Shown here: piece by piece, positions 22,111 through 36,883 of the stretch
Layout: every line of letters starts with the position of its first letter
How positions within the stretch are numbered: position 1 is the stretch's first letter
Origin: Amoebidium appalachense
Lineage: Eukaryota; Protista; Ichthyosporea
DNA length: 64,000 nt
Assembly: GCA_963693365.1 (NCBI GenBank)
Contig: CAVNZM010000008.1
Span: 8,436,818 to 8,500,817, forward strand
Direction: 5' to 3'
The notes under the pieces: generated by a model
Told to the model about the DNA's origin: nothing
The model's input: only the letters and a program-made list of their open reading frames with translations
Databases searched by the model: none
Translations under genes and position numbers: made by a program

Positions 22111-23772
22111 ACCCAACACATACAAACCCCTCCACAACCACCATCCCCACCACTATCAGCAGACACACATATCTAGAATTCACCCACCCATGTACGCAAA
22201 CTGTGTGCACGTACATAGACTCGAAACTTCTGCTCCGCCACCTGCCCACTCACCCCCTTGTCCCTCTCCCTTTCTCTTCTGAATTACACCATGATAAGGC
22301 TTCTCTCTTCAACCTTTATTTTTTGAAATTGCAGAAACGTAAGCCGTCAAGTCTCCTAACTAGACCCATAATATAGTACGTACAGCCGCACACGGGCACA
22401 TGAAAACATGCGCTCACTCAGTCACCCACGTTCCCTCGAAAACAAAACTCTAACCATCCAATCACCTGCAGGTGTTAATCCCGAACAGCGACATGGATCA
22501 TGCAGACACCAAACCCAAGGAAAACATTGCGGCTCTTGCCATGAAAACCGCCGATCTTAGCACACTCGTCGATCTCGTAGTTAAGGCTGACCTTGCATCT
22601 GCCCTTAGTGGGGAGGGCCCCTTCACCGTGTTTGCCCCCGTCAACTCTGCCTTCAAGAGCCTGCCTGCCGTTCCCGAGGGTGTAAGTTTCCCCATAATTT
22701 GCAAAAAGCCCCCCCCCCCCCCCGTTTCCCCATAATTTGCAAAAGCCCCCCCCCCCCCTTTCCCCGTTTTTTACACAACCCTCCCCCCCCCCTCCCCCCT
22801 CCCCCCCTTTCCCGTTTTGCACAAGCCTCCCTCCCCCCCTCCCCCCTCCCTCACCCTATTTCACCCCCCCCCCCCTCCTCCGCTGCCTCCCTCCACCGCC
22901 TCCCGGCCTCCTCCCCCTCCCCGCCTCCCCATTTTGCAAAAGTCTCTCCTCCCCTCTCCCTTATTTTGCACGAGCCCCCCCTCCCCCCCCCACCCATCCA
23001 CCCATCCACCCACCATCCCCACCGCCCCATTCCCCCCTTCCCCCACACCCTCCCCCCCCCCCTCCCACTTCCCTAAAACAGCGGCTGATTTGTTTCATAA
23101 TTGTTTATTCTTCCTCATTGCCCCAAAACCACGTTCGACTCTGAGCACCTCAACCCCTTGTGGTAGAGCAGTGAGATAACTCTGTTGCCCCCTCTCCCTC
23201 CCTCCCTTTGCCCCCACGCCACGGCCACTCCTAGATGACCTCACCCCGACATGTGCTGAAGTTACAAGACCTAAACCCACTTCTTCACTCCTGCCTCCCC
23301 CCACCCCCCCCCCCCCCCCCCCCCTTCCCCCCCCCCCCCAACACATTACACACACAAACAAACACACTCCCTCTCTCCTCGCCACCGTCCTCATCCGATT
23401 GCACAACAAGGTCTAAGCAACACTCGCGGAATAATCATGCGGAGATAAGGGTTGTGACGCCCTGTTACAGAGATCGATGCACAATTTTGGTTTATTTTTT
23501 CTCTTCTTTTTTGTTTTGACAACGCTGACCACGTGACTTTATTACCATACTAGGATGCGCTGAAGAACGTCCTCCTCTACCACGTGGCCAAGGGCAAGGT
23601 GCTCTCCAAGGATCTTAAAGATGGCCAGAAGATCGAGACCCTTAACGGGAAGACACTGACTGTTAAAGTCGGCAAGGACGGTGTTACCATTAATGGCGTT
23701 AAGGTGAACACACCGGATGTGGAGGCGTCCAATGGCGTTGTTCACCTGCTTTTCGGCGTGCTGATCCCTTAA
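19762..23772 (+). CDS. Secreted fasciclin (2 x FAS1 domain) protein
   Basis: Exons 19762-19871, 20846-21041, 21667-21876, 22472-22681, 23554-23772. Signal peptide MARLATLACAALVVLTPVFA. Two copies each of H1 GPFTVFAPVNxAF, the [YH]HV motif and H2 ASNGVVH. Confidence 0.95.
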
Positions 23773-24591
23773 AACCACGCATTTTCCTGACCAAATAGTA
23801 AAGGAAATAGAACACTCGGAAACGTATGTATAATATTAGATTGATTTGGCCATTTAAATGGACGGTCAACGAGGTGTGGCTTTGAGATTGTTGATGACAC
23901 ATAAACATTTGGGATAAGTAGTAGATGCAAAATATAGCCGTGTTGCCTGCCATTAGGAATGGTTACTCGCTCTCCCCACCCCCCCACCACCACCACATAA
24001 TCAATATCAGTTCATAATCACTGTGACAAGTGGCCAAATTATTTGTAGAACCGTATGTACAAGGCCGTTTGGTTGGCCGACTGTAGAGATGTACGACCCA
24101 AAGTATCTGTTGATCACTGATCTCGAAGTCAATAAATGCTCTACTTTAAAAAGCGACCTACACCCTCAACTTGGATATAACAACCCCCCCCCCCGTCCCC
24201 CCTCCCCCCTCTCCCCTTCCCCCCTTCTCCCCCCCCCCCCCCTCCCCCCCCCCCCCCCCCCCCCCCAATGGTACCGCCTCAGCCGGACCAATCGCTGGCT
24301 AGTTCAGTAAAACACGGAGCACTCTTTGGCAAGAAAAGAGTAGTGTGAACCTCCAAAACCATTCTAATCATGCATGCATTGGTACATTGCAAATTGCCTT
24401 TTTACGTTCTGCGAAATATCCAAAGAATGTGGTAAACCCCAAAAACAAATCGAATTGCATTTGTACCACGGCCCTCTGGAACATCGTAGGGGATAGTGGG
24501 GCTGTCCACACGGCGCCGATTGACTGGTTTCGGATTGACAATCCATCGGAGCTCCGATTGACAAGATTCGACCATACAAGCACTTAATTTC

Positions 24592-26993
<2,402 letters not shown>

Positions 26994-27112
26994 TTGGATT
27001 TTCCGGGAATCGGCGCGTCCAGACTGGGCCGCTGGACGCCTTTTCGGCTCTTTTTCGGATTAACTTTCCCGCCAAAATGCAGATGGGAACCAATCACATT
27101 AAGCCATGACCT

Positions 27113-27262
27113 GTCGCACACATCGATTCAGTCGCACACATCGATTCAGTCGCACACATCGATTCAGTCGCACACATCGATTCAGTCGCGCACACATCGA
27201 TTCAGTCGCGCACACATCGATTCAGTCGCGCACACATCGATTCAGTCGCACACATCGATTCA
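27113..27262. repeat. Tandem array, 8 units of GTCG(CG)CACACATCGATTCA
   Basis: 4 x 18 bp, 3 x 20 bp, 1 x 18 bp; no spacers. Confidence 0.97.
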
Positions 27263-27367
27263 AATGTCGCTCTTTATTATCTGCTAATAAATAGTATCCT
27301 TCGCGCATCCACCCCTAAACCAGGCCATCCGTGGCCCTAAGGGCCGGGGAACACCCCCATCCATGTC

Positions 27368-28553
27368 ATGGCACATGCCTATAATCGTTTCAGAACCTCT
27401 TTCAAAGTTCCATCTACACCCATCACACATGTGCGACCATTAAAACGTCCAGCAGATACACCTACCACAGATGCACAACCAGAAAAACATCGCCTTAGAC
27501 TAAGCGCAACACCTATTTACAATACACTACCCATTCAGAATAACACCACACCACTCCGTAGAAACACAATAACAACCATGCCGAAACTTTCGGTTGATAC
27601 AGTACTGGCAGAACTTGCCCTCGTTAAGAAACAGCTAAATGAGCTGTTACCACTCAAGAACATGATAGAAAAACTCCAAACAGAAAATACCCAACTCAAG
27701 CTCACCATTGATTCACTCACAGCCCAGCTAAACATTAGTGGATCGCAAAACCCCAAAACTCATGAGCAAACATCTCGCGACGGAGACATTTCCACCCCAA
27801 CACAAAACAACACAGGACCGGAAGCACAGCTCCCGGCAGAGTTCCTAGAATATGCGAACTCTCGTAAAACACCCGAGCTCCGCCAAATTGCCAAGGAAAC
27901 ATATGCCAGCATTCTTGCAGGCAACGAGTACCGCCGCAACTCCCCTCCCCAAACCGCCGGCTAAGGGGAACACCCAAGCAAACGGTAACATCAACATCCC
28001 ACCCAAATACGAGAGGGTGTATTTCAAAGTCAAGCACGGCAGACGCCCACACAGGGCCATGTGGTCCATCTTCAAGGCTCTCGGCTTCCGGTGCTCTCGC
28101 ATCCTTTGTCTGTCCTTCATTGGATACGATGTGCTGGAAGTAGCAGTACGGGGCGACTATAACCGTGCGTTCATCCGTGACGCGACAAAGGGGTGTGGAA
28201 GCTTCTTCACCCACCTCCCAAGCTACGACCCATGCGCGCCGGAAAACATTCAGAAAGCAGACAAAGAACGTAAAGTGTCTGCTAAGAATGCGTGCGCCAC
28301 ACGTTGTCGTGTACGCATCAGCAAGGCAAAAGAGTTCCTCGCAAAGTTGGAAAACGATGCTACGAGCGTGATAGACACGGACACGAAGGAACCAATGTTT
28401 TCTGGTGAGAAACTGCTCGAGCGCAAACGCCGATGCGAGATGGAAATCGAGCTCTTCTGCGAACTGTTCGCGCTGGCGGAAGGTCGTGCATACGACCCCG
28501 TAAGCGACAAGTGGGAACCAACCCCACAGGTGTCGGACCAAACCGATGCCTAA
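27368..28553 (+). CDS. LINE ORF1 (coiled coil plus probable RNA-binding domain), split by one +1 frameshift near 27920
   Basis: 27368-27964 has a heptad coiled coil and TYASIL. Deleting one G in gcaGgca fuses it to 27852-28553 (VYFK...ALGF..SRIL.LSFIG.DVLEV...YDP), a pattern I recall from ORF1 of early-diverging fungal LINEs. Confidence 0.75.
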
Positions 28554-31500
28554 TTTATCCTTCTTCTTCTGGAATGCTCGGACACTGGGCCCCCAAAAGG
28601 GCCTCCCCCCCGGGACACTCGACGATAAAATCAGCTACATACAACAACAGACAAACAACCACACGTTTACAGTGATTTGCGAAACACAGTTTAAAAACCA
28701 CCACAAATTCAACTCTACATTGGTCGACACATCCACACACCCCGGTTACGCGAAAAACCGAGGCATTATTGTACTTGCCGCACCACACGTGAGAGTGAAG
28801 TGCAAACCGGTAGCAAAAACGGAATTCTCGGTTTCTATAGAGTTTCTTTCTAATGTTTTTACTTTTGTATATTACCCACCATCTATGTCGGTTGTCGAAT
28901 TGACTCACGAGTTGTCACAGTTACCAATGTCCACTGTTATTTTAGGTGATTTTAACACGCGACTCCACCACACAGACACACTGCAAGTGAGTGTCGGGTA
29001 CCCATCTAAGCCCCCGGAGCGTGCTATCCCTTTAGCAAGGTATGTCCAAAGTCACACTTTGCGGTTCCCTCAAATATCCCATGCCCACAACACCGACTGG
29101 GGAGTGGCCTTTTGGCCATCAACCATGTCAAAACTCTCTCTCCCTCCTAACCTCTCTAGGTCATCTGACCACTCTCCTATCCTTTTCCTACCTAAGATCT
29201 CCCTTGATCTGCTCCCCCCTCCCCCTCCCACCTTTCGCCTCCGTCTATCCCAGCTTAAGTCACAGTGGGGTAGAGTTGATGTATGTGTATGCTATGCTAC
29301 GAAACACCCTATATATATGCGCCTATTAGAATCTGCACAAGCCAGGCCAGATTCACATCTCGTACTAGATACATGCACTAACTTTATTGTTGATGATTTG
29401 ATAGATCTCGGTGATTATGCTGGCGGTGGTAGGAAGGAATATCCCGATGCTCTCTTGTTACCAAACACCACTCCCGCTAGACTAGGTGAACCCCTGTCTC
29501 AAAAGGAAAGCTTGCGCCGGCTTGCTAGTATGAATCGATTTGGCCCCCCTGCTCGTATTATTGGTGATACCACTGGAGACCCCCTCATAGACTCTGATAA
29601 GTATTTCTCGGAACTGTTTAAAGATAGGACCCCCGCTCAGAAACCTATTGTGTGGCCTGTAGACCCATCTATCCCCATAGAATCGATCCTCCCCTTTTTC
29701 AGTCCCGATGCCATATGGTCTGTGATATCTAGTTATAGCTCTAGTAAGTCTTGTGGACCTGATGGACTCCCTGCTGGGTTTCTTAAAATCCTTGTTCCCT
29801 CCTACCCACAAAAGGAAAGTGATCGTGCTATTAAACCTGATCTTACTATCATGTTAAGCTCTCTCTTTTCTTGGTGTGTTAAATGTGGACATGTCCCGTC
29901 ATCTTGGTTAGATACCTTAGTGATCCCCATAGTTAAGAAGGACTCTGAGGGCCCCATATCATCCTTTCGCCCCATTACACTAACCCAGGTTGTTCGTAGA
30001 TTCTTTGAAGCTTGCTTACTTAGGTTATTTGCACATCACCCTAGGTTTCAATCTATTCTTCACATACACCCATGCCAATCCGCTTTTCGTAAAAACAATT
30101 CATGTTATGTTCAAATAATGGCACTGCACGATTCTATGCAAGTTGGTGCACAATATGTTGGCTTTATTGATTGGAAAACTGCTTACGATTCTGTCTCCCC
30201 TGGTCTCCTATGGGAAAAGCTTGCTGCACGGGGTGTACCACACTGCATTGGTGTTCTGTTAGAAGCACTCTTGTCTCAAACCTATGGTAGAGCTGTGGTT
30301 AATGGGCATCTTTCATATGGTTTTGCTCGTACTAGAGGTCTCTTGCAGGGCTCATTGCTTAGCCCCTTTTTGTTTAACCTATTTATAGATGATTTGGCTG
30401 TCAAGATTTACGCCGAAAACGATGACCCTATTAATAACTTTCCGCCTGCACTTCTCTATGCTGATGATCTGTCCCTCCTTGCCCGTACCCCTAGACGCCT
30501 GCAAAGATTGTTCGATGTAGTGTCAGAGTGGTGCAAGGCAAACCTTATGATCCTTAACATAGACAAATGTGGTGTTCTTGTACCTGATATAGCTAACAAT
30601 TTACACACATTTACATTATCATCTAAACCTGTACCTATAGTTCCAGAATACAAATATCTTGGTGTTCCGGTTGATTCTGTTGGTGTTATGTTTCCCCATA
30701 TGGTCGAAAAGAGGGTAGAGTTGGCTCGTAAGCGGTTAGCTTTCTTCTCGGCTAATATTTTTAAAGACACACCCCTCCATCCTTCTATTAGACTTACATT
30801 TATTCGCACTTTTGTCTTCCCGGCATGTGAATATGGTTTACCCCTTCTCGCCGCTTGGATCAAGAAAGAGAGAACTAGAGCGCTTAAACCCTTGGCAAAT
30901 TTCCTTGAAGCAGAAGTTGCCTCCTTTCTATCTAACAACTGTTGTAAACCTGGGCCTGTAACGCTCTCGATATATGGTCTGGTCCCAATAGCTGCTAGAG
31001 TATCCTATCTCGCGCTGAAATTCAATAAGCACATAAGCCGCTTAAAGAAGTATTTGCCCTCCCACCCTCTCTTCTCTATCCGACCTGTCCCCTCCTCACC
31101 TCTCCCCTCTTTCCTCCCCTCTCTCTCCCCTTCTCCCCTGGGCACAAATACAAATAAACCCCGCAATAGTGTGTGTGTGACTTTGGACTGCCACTTACTT
31201 ATTAAACATGTACACAATCACAAGATAATCACGCAATATAACAAATGGAAAAAGATACCAAACGACACTAGACCCGATGAAAGCATACACCTTGAAAAAC
31301 TAAGCCTTATGTCTCGTTTTATATATACTGACCGCCTCAACCATATTGCCAAATATGGCACTCGCAAGTGTATAACACCTAAATACATATTACCTTCCTG
31401 TAGAACTGGTCTTTCTCTAGCTGATGGTATTATTGATCAATTACCACGCTTTTACTGTACACGTGCTATACAGTGGAGATCTAATAAGTATAAGGTGGCA

Positions 31501-31740
31501 TCATTTGCATGCCCAAACAACACACACACACACCAGTTTAACCGGTCATGTATCGCCAAATGTAGTTTGATAGACCACATAATACCGCAACACACACACG
31601 TCACATTCACAACAGACACCCAGAAAGATAGCCTACCTGTAAATTACAACATCCTTGATTTTATACTAAACACGCGTAACTACGACCTGTTTATTAGATG
31701 TATTGATTGGCTTGAGAAACACATCACTACAAAATTATAG
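28546..31740 (+). CDS. LINE ORF2: AP endonuclease plus reverse transcriptase (1064 aa, uninterrupted)
   Basis: APE motifs WNAR, CET, YYPP, GDFN, SDH. RT motifs GPDG, FRPITL, QSAFR, FIDWKTAYDSV, LQGSLLSPFLF, YADD, KYLG. ATG overlaps the ORF1 stop by 8 nt. Confidence 0.97.
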   Translation: MPNLSFFFWNARTLGPQKGLPPGTLDDKISYIQQQTNNHTFTVICETQFKNHHKFNSTLVDTSTHPGYAKNRGIIVLAAPHVRVKCKPVAKTEFSVSIEFLSNVFTFVYYPPSMSVVELTHELSQLPMSTVILGDFNTRLHHTDTLQVSVGYPSKPPERAIPLARYVQSHTLRFPQISHAHNTDWGVAFWPSTMSKLSLPPNLSRSSDHSPILFLPKISLDLLPPPPPTFRLRLSQLKSQWGRVDVCVCYATKHPIYMRLLESAQARPDSHLVLDTCTNFIVDDLIDLGDYAGGGRKEYPDALLLPNTTPARLGEPLSQKESLRRLASMNRFGPPARIIGDTTGDPLIDSDKYFSELFKDRTPAQKPIVWPVDPSIPIESILPFFSPDAIWSVISSYSSSKSCGPDGLPAGFLKILVPSYPQKESDRAIKPDLTIMLSSLFSWCVKCGHVPSSWLDTLVIPIVKKDSEGPISSFRPITLTQVVRRFFEACLLRLFAHHPRFQSILHIHPCQSAFRKNNSCYVQIMALHDSMQVGAQYVGFIDWKTAYDSVSPGLLWEKLAARGVPHCIGVLLEALLSQTYGRAVVNGHLSYGFARTRGLLQGSLLSPFLFNLFIDDLAVKIYAENDDPINNFPPALLYADDLSLLARTPRRLQRLFDVVSEWCKANLMILNIDKCGVLVPDIANNLHTFTLSSKPVPIVPEYKYLGVPVDSVGVMFPHMVEKRVELARKRLAFFSANIFKDTPLHPSIRLTFIRTFVFPACEYGLPLLAAWIKKERTRALKPLANFLEAEVASFLSNNCCKPGPVTLSIYGLVPIAARVSYLALKFNKHISRLKKYLPSHPLFSIRPVPSSPLPSFLPSLSPSPLGTNTNKPRNSVCVTLDCHLLIKHVHNHKIITQYNKWKKIPNDTRPDESIHLEKLSLMSRFIYTDRLNHIAKYGTRKCITPKYILPSCRTGLSLADGIIDQLPRFYCTRAIQWRSNKYKVASFACPNNTHTHQFNRSCIAKCSLIDHIIPQHTHVTFTTDTQKDSLPVNYNILDFILNTRNYDLFIRCIDWLEKHITTKL

Positions 31741-31744
31741 CGCA

Positions 31745-31817
<73 letters not shown>

Positions 31818-31849
31818 CCAGCTGATACCGAGTGTCCCGAGGGGAGCCC

Positions 31850-31893
<44 letters not shown>

Positions 31894-33300
31894 GGGGAAC
31901 CCCAACTAATTGATTTCTCCTTGTAGTCTTTATGGTGTCTCGTAGAGAAAGTAAACCCTGATATATAGTCACCACCCGACATCTATGTACGTGATCATGA
32001 TATACCGCTGAGGGGATATTCCGAGCAAAACCCCCCCCCCATACCTGAGACTGGTTCTCTTTGCCTCGAGTAAACAGCGTAAACCCCATCATCATATCAT
32101 GATAGTTGAGTGCCAAAAGCCACCGGGCGCGGCAACAACGTTGGTCTTGTGATATTGCCTTTTCACGCAGAGTCCTAGCTTGATACGACAGGTCTCAAGC
32201 GCGTTCCCGAAGCGAACCATCATATATATACCCGAGTTATTTTTGATCCTTCTTTCTTACTTACGGTCTATCAGCACACAGCAGATAGTAGTAACTTGAG
32301 TGTACTGCCTTTTGTACTTTGTGTAAACAAAAATCGAACTTTATGTAGCTACGCGATATTTCATTGGCCAAAAAATATTAAGAAGGCAGCCACGGTGAGC
32401 CACCAATCCATCAATCCTTTTGCGGAATAGCTATCTATGGTTATTTTTTTAGGTTCGAAGGCTCCGATTGGCTCGGATTGACTTCCGGATTAACTGGACT
32501 CCGATTCAAATTAGGCAAATTTGGTCAATCCGATTCCGGAGTGTCAATCGGCGCAGTGTGGACAGCCCCATTGATGCTACCAAAATGTAAGGGTGTCACT
32601 ACAAATAGAAAGCTAACAATAGAATTTTCGAGACGGCCGTGATCGGTACATATGGTACATTGGTACATACTACATACCAAGTTGCCTGTTTTTTATTTTT
32701 ATGTCCAAAGCATGTATGTGGGTTTACACACTTTTTATTGCGTGGACACTGCATGTGGCCTCTGCCGTACAATCGGAATCACGGTCCGCATGCTTCACTG
32801 TTTGTTCCTCTCCCTGCTTCACCAAACTCCACTCTAATGTATTCAAATCTCTGTGTTTGTGTTTGCCGTGACCTCTCGGAGCTTCGTGATGTGTAACCGC
32901 ATCAGCCCCCTCCCTCCCCCCCCCCCCCCCCCCCCCCCCCCCAACTCCCCCCCTTCCCTCCTCCCCCCCCCCCCCCCAAAAAAACACACAAACACACAAA
33001 CACATACACACACAAAAGAAAAGAGAAGGAGAAGAGAAAGAAAAAGATAGCACAACGTTCACAACGGAAAACTCAAGCGGATCTCATTGCATGTGGCACG
33101 CCGCCAGGTTTATCCCGGTTTATGTAATGTGGGCAAAATGTATGCGGCCACTTGAACACTCACATGCTTCGCACGTTTCACGTGCCTGTGCGCCAATTCG
33201 GACGTGCGTACCCATATCAGTTGAAATTCATCCTCCCCCCCCGCCCCCCGCCCCCCCCCCCCCCCCCCCCCAACCCGGCCTTTCCCGATGCGTCAGCAGG

Positions 33301-33370
<70 letters not shown>

Positions 33371-33640
33371 CAACACGAACACACACTCACACACATACAG
33401 TGGCACACACACACACACACACCAACACACACACATTTTTTTATATTTTATCCCGTTTTGTTCCCGGAGGGACCCGTTGGGCCCTCACGGGGAACTACCG
33501 TCTTCCACCCAGCACCGACAGTACTCTAGCTAGGGTGTTACGGTGTTATTAACTAAGCTAACACACCTTTAAGCAATCCTAACTATTTGCACACACTTTC
33601 CCCAGGGTATTCACCCCAGCCACGCCGGTACCAACACACA

Positions 33641-33690
<50 letters not shown>

Positions 33691-33913
33691 CACACACACG
33701 CGCGCGCGTGCGGGCGCGGGCACGGGCGCGGGCGGACGTGCACGCACGCATACTCACGCAAACACACACACACACACACAAACACACACAACACAAACAC
33801 AAACACACACATACACACACGATGCATCAACACACGAACGCACACACACACATAGGGTGGCACACACAAACACACACACCAACACACACAGACAGACAGA
33901 CACACACACTGGA

Positions 33914-34020
<107 letters not shown>

Positions 34021-34040
34021 CATACACACACGACATAATG

Positions 34041-34076
<36 letters not shown>

Positions 34077-34237
34077 TGGTATACACACACATGTACACAC
34101 ACGCACACGCGCTTACGTTCATACATGTACACACTATTCACACACGAATACGTATCATACCAGGAGGCTCGGTTGTATTATAGAAGTGGCTGCCGTTCTC
34201 TCCTTCCCCCCCCCCCCCCCTCTTCCCCCCAACCACC

Positions 34238-34275
<38 letters not shown>

Positions 34276-35703
34276 ACAGCAGAGTTTGAGTCGGACTCCG
34301 ATGAGTACTCCTTGCCTGTTAAGCTCTGGGGGAGCATGCCATTAGCCACCCCCTCCCACCCCCCCCCCACCCCCCTCCCTCCTCCTCCCGCCCCCTCCCC
34401 CCTCACTCATCTTCTCCCCCATACATAAAAAGATCTTACCACACACACTGTACACACCATTCAATATACACACATACACACACCTATGCGCACGTGACCT
34501 CACAACGACCCCGTTACCCCTACCACGCAGACCCTCTGTAGTGGAAGATACCATCCACAGGACGGTGACCAAGTACTACCACCCAGCATGGACATACCTT
34601 TCTTTAGTTTTTAAGATTTATTTTGGGCATCTTTCTTTAATTTTTTTTAATTTTTTTGGGCATGGGCATACCGACCCACGGGCCATAATTAACCCAGCGG
34701 ATCGTTAAACCCCCCTACAGTGGCTATACCTTACCACCCCCTCCGGGCTGCAAGCAGCATCCCCCACCACCACACAGGTTTAGATCGGCAAGGGACTGTG
34801 CCCCATGGACATCACCCTCCCACCCGTACTGTATCGCCACCCCTCAGGCCCGAAACACCCTATCGCCGGCTATATCTGTCTGCATGTTTATCGGAGTTTT
34901 TCTTAAATTGGGTATATACTTATGGAAATCTGAGATGTAGGCCTAGGACATTACACCCAGGACCCCATACAAAACACAAACGCAAAAACCGCAAGCCTAT
35001 ATGTACCCACCACCCTCACGCGTAGGAAGAAACGAGTCACGCTATTAGTAACACCTGATATTAGCACAAAAACCCCCACACACACACGTGTACACCTCGT
35101 CGGCATGCCCCAAGTGCAGACACACGCACCGGAAAGATGAGACTGCAACTCATAACACTTATATAGACAAATAGCCTAGCCACCATACTATGACACCCCA
35201 CTACCCCCAACTCGAAAGCCCCACCACACCGCGTTAGACCCCCCTCACCCGACAGGGGAATTTCGTTTTAACCGGAGCCCCCTAGCTCTTGATTTCTCTG
35301 AAAATTGGCACAATATGAGCTTCACTAGACTGTTTGTAAATTATTCAGTCCCATTGTTCTGCCATCATCTGCTGGTCGGGCTCAGTCTAGAAAGTACAGT
35401 GCCCACCAAAACGCAGCGGTGCTGAATTTTGCATAAAAATCGTGGATAATAAATAAAAACTGCGGAATGCCCGCACACATGTACACACACCAGACTTGGA
35501 CCAACGCACGTGCACATACTGCACATACATACCCACGCGCACACACACACACGAAGCCACACTCACCGTGGCACGCACGCCCACACACGAACCCACACTC
35601 ACCGTTGCACGCGCACACACACACACGTACACACCTTGGCACACACACACACACACCGTGACGTAGCCACAGTGACTGCACACGCACACACATACACACG
35701 CGC

Positions 35704-35775
<72 letters not shown>

Positions 35776-36836
35776 ACACACACCGTGACATCAAGCCCAC
35801 ACGCCGCCTGCAACACGTGCGCACACACACATGACACACATGCACACGGGCACATACATATGCCGTGCACACACACGCACACACACACGTGACACACACG
35901 CACACACATGCACATCCACACATACGCACACAAACCATGGTTACACGTGGACTGTGTTGCAGTCTGCACTTACACGCATAATATTATATAAATTCAATGC
36001 CATTTTGTAAGATTTTTTGTGGTGCTATATTTTGTCACGTTGGTCTCTCTTCTGCTTCGGTGACGTCAGACTTTCTTGATTTTGAAACGGGTAGGGGGGT
36101 AGTAGTAAGTTGGGGGGGGGGAGGGGGGGACCCACCTCCCCCCGAAGGGGTGGGTCCCTCCCCCCTCCCCTTCCGGGGGGGGGGGACCCACCACCCCTTC
36201 ACTGGCTGGGGAAGGAGGGGGCGGGGGGGGGACCCACCACCACCCGGGGGGGGGGGGGGGGGGGAGGGGGGGAGGAGGGGGCTACCCAAATATGACTATT
36301 ATCTATTAGTATGACTATCGGGTTGGACACCAACTTGAAAAAATCTTGGCATTGGCACCTTCTTTACACCCACTAATTGGTATCAATTATCAGGCCCTGG
36401 GTACAATTGGACCTGCTTACTAGCTAGGCATCCCTTCCCCGCCTTCCCCCCCCCCCCCCCCCCCCCCCCCCCTCCCCCCTCCCCTCCCTCCCCCGGAACG
36501 ACCGCTGGCCCGTACGGGCCTCCCCTCTCTACGCCCCTGAAGATCTCATACGGAGACCGCAATGACCGTCAGGCTGGTTGCTCATGACCACTGATTTTCT
36601 CGACAATGTATAGTAAAGCACCCTTGCACACGCAGGCACACACACGTGCGCGCACGCTCTCCAATACGCTCATGATCACAGGCTGCCGTAGGGTAATATG
36701 TTATTCTCTGTGGTGGCACATAATCATTATGCCTGCGCGCGGGCACATGTACACGTGGCACACATACTGAATTCCATTTTTCCTCTCTAACTGCTTCCCC
36801 TTATTCCCCCCCTTCCCCCCCCCCCCCCCCCCCCCC

Positions 36837-36883
<47 letters not shown>

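Larger units (their letters stand above)
27353..31892 (+). mobile_element. Non-LTR retrotransposon (APE-type LINE), two ORFs
   Basis: ORF1 plus APE-RT ORF2, short 3' UTR with (CA)n, A39 tail 31854-31892. Candidate TSD CGGGGAAC at 27345-27352 and 31893-31900; the 5' boundary depends on this TSD. Confidence 0.9.

Noticed and set aside
27113-27262. CRISPR array
   Set aside because: Units are contiguous with no unique spacers, there are no cas genes, and the context is eukaryotic.
27735-28541. 268-aa antisense ORF over LINE ORF1
   Set aside because: Shadow of the sense ORF with no recognisable motifs.
31050-31169. In-frame 120-nt GT-AG intron inside LINE ORF2
   Set aside because: The ORF is open without splicing, and removal would delete an HPL motif expected after the RT thumb.
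36535-36565. Penelope-type minimal hammerhead (ctgaaga-tctc-atacg-gaga-ccgcaa)
   Set aside because: GCAA replaces the required GAAA and no stem III is evident.
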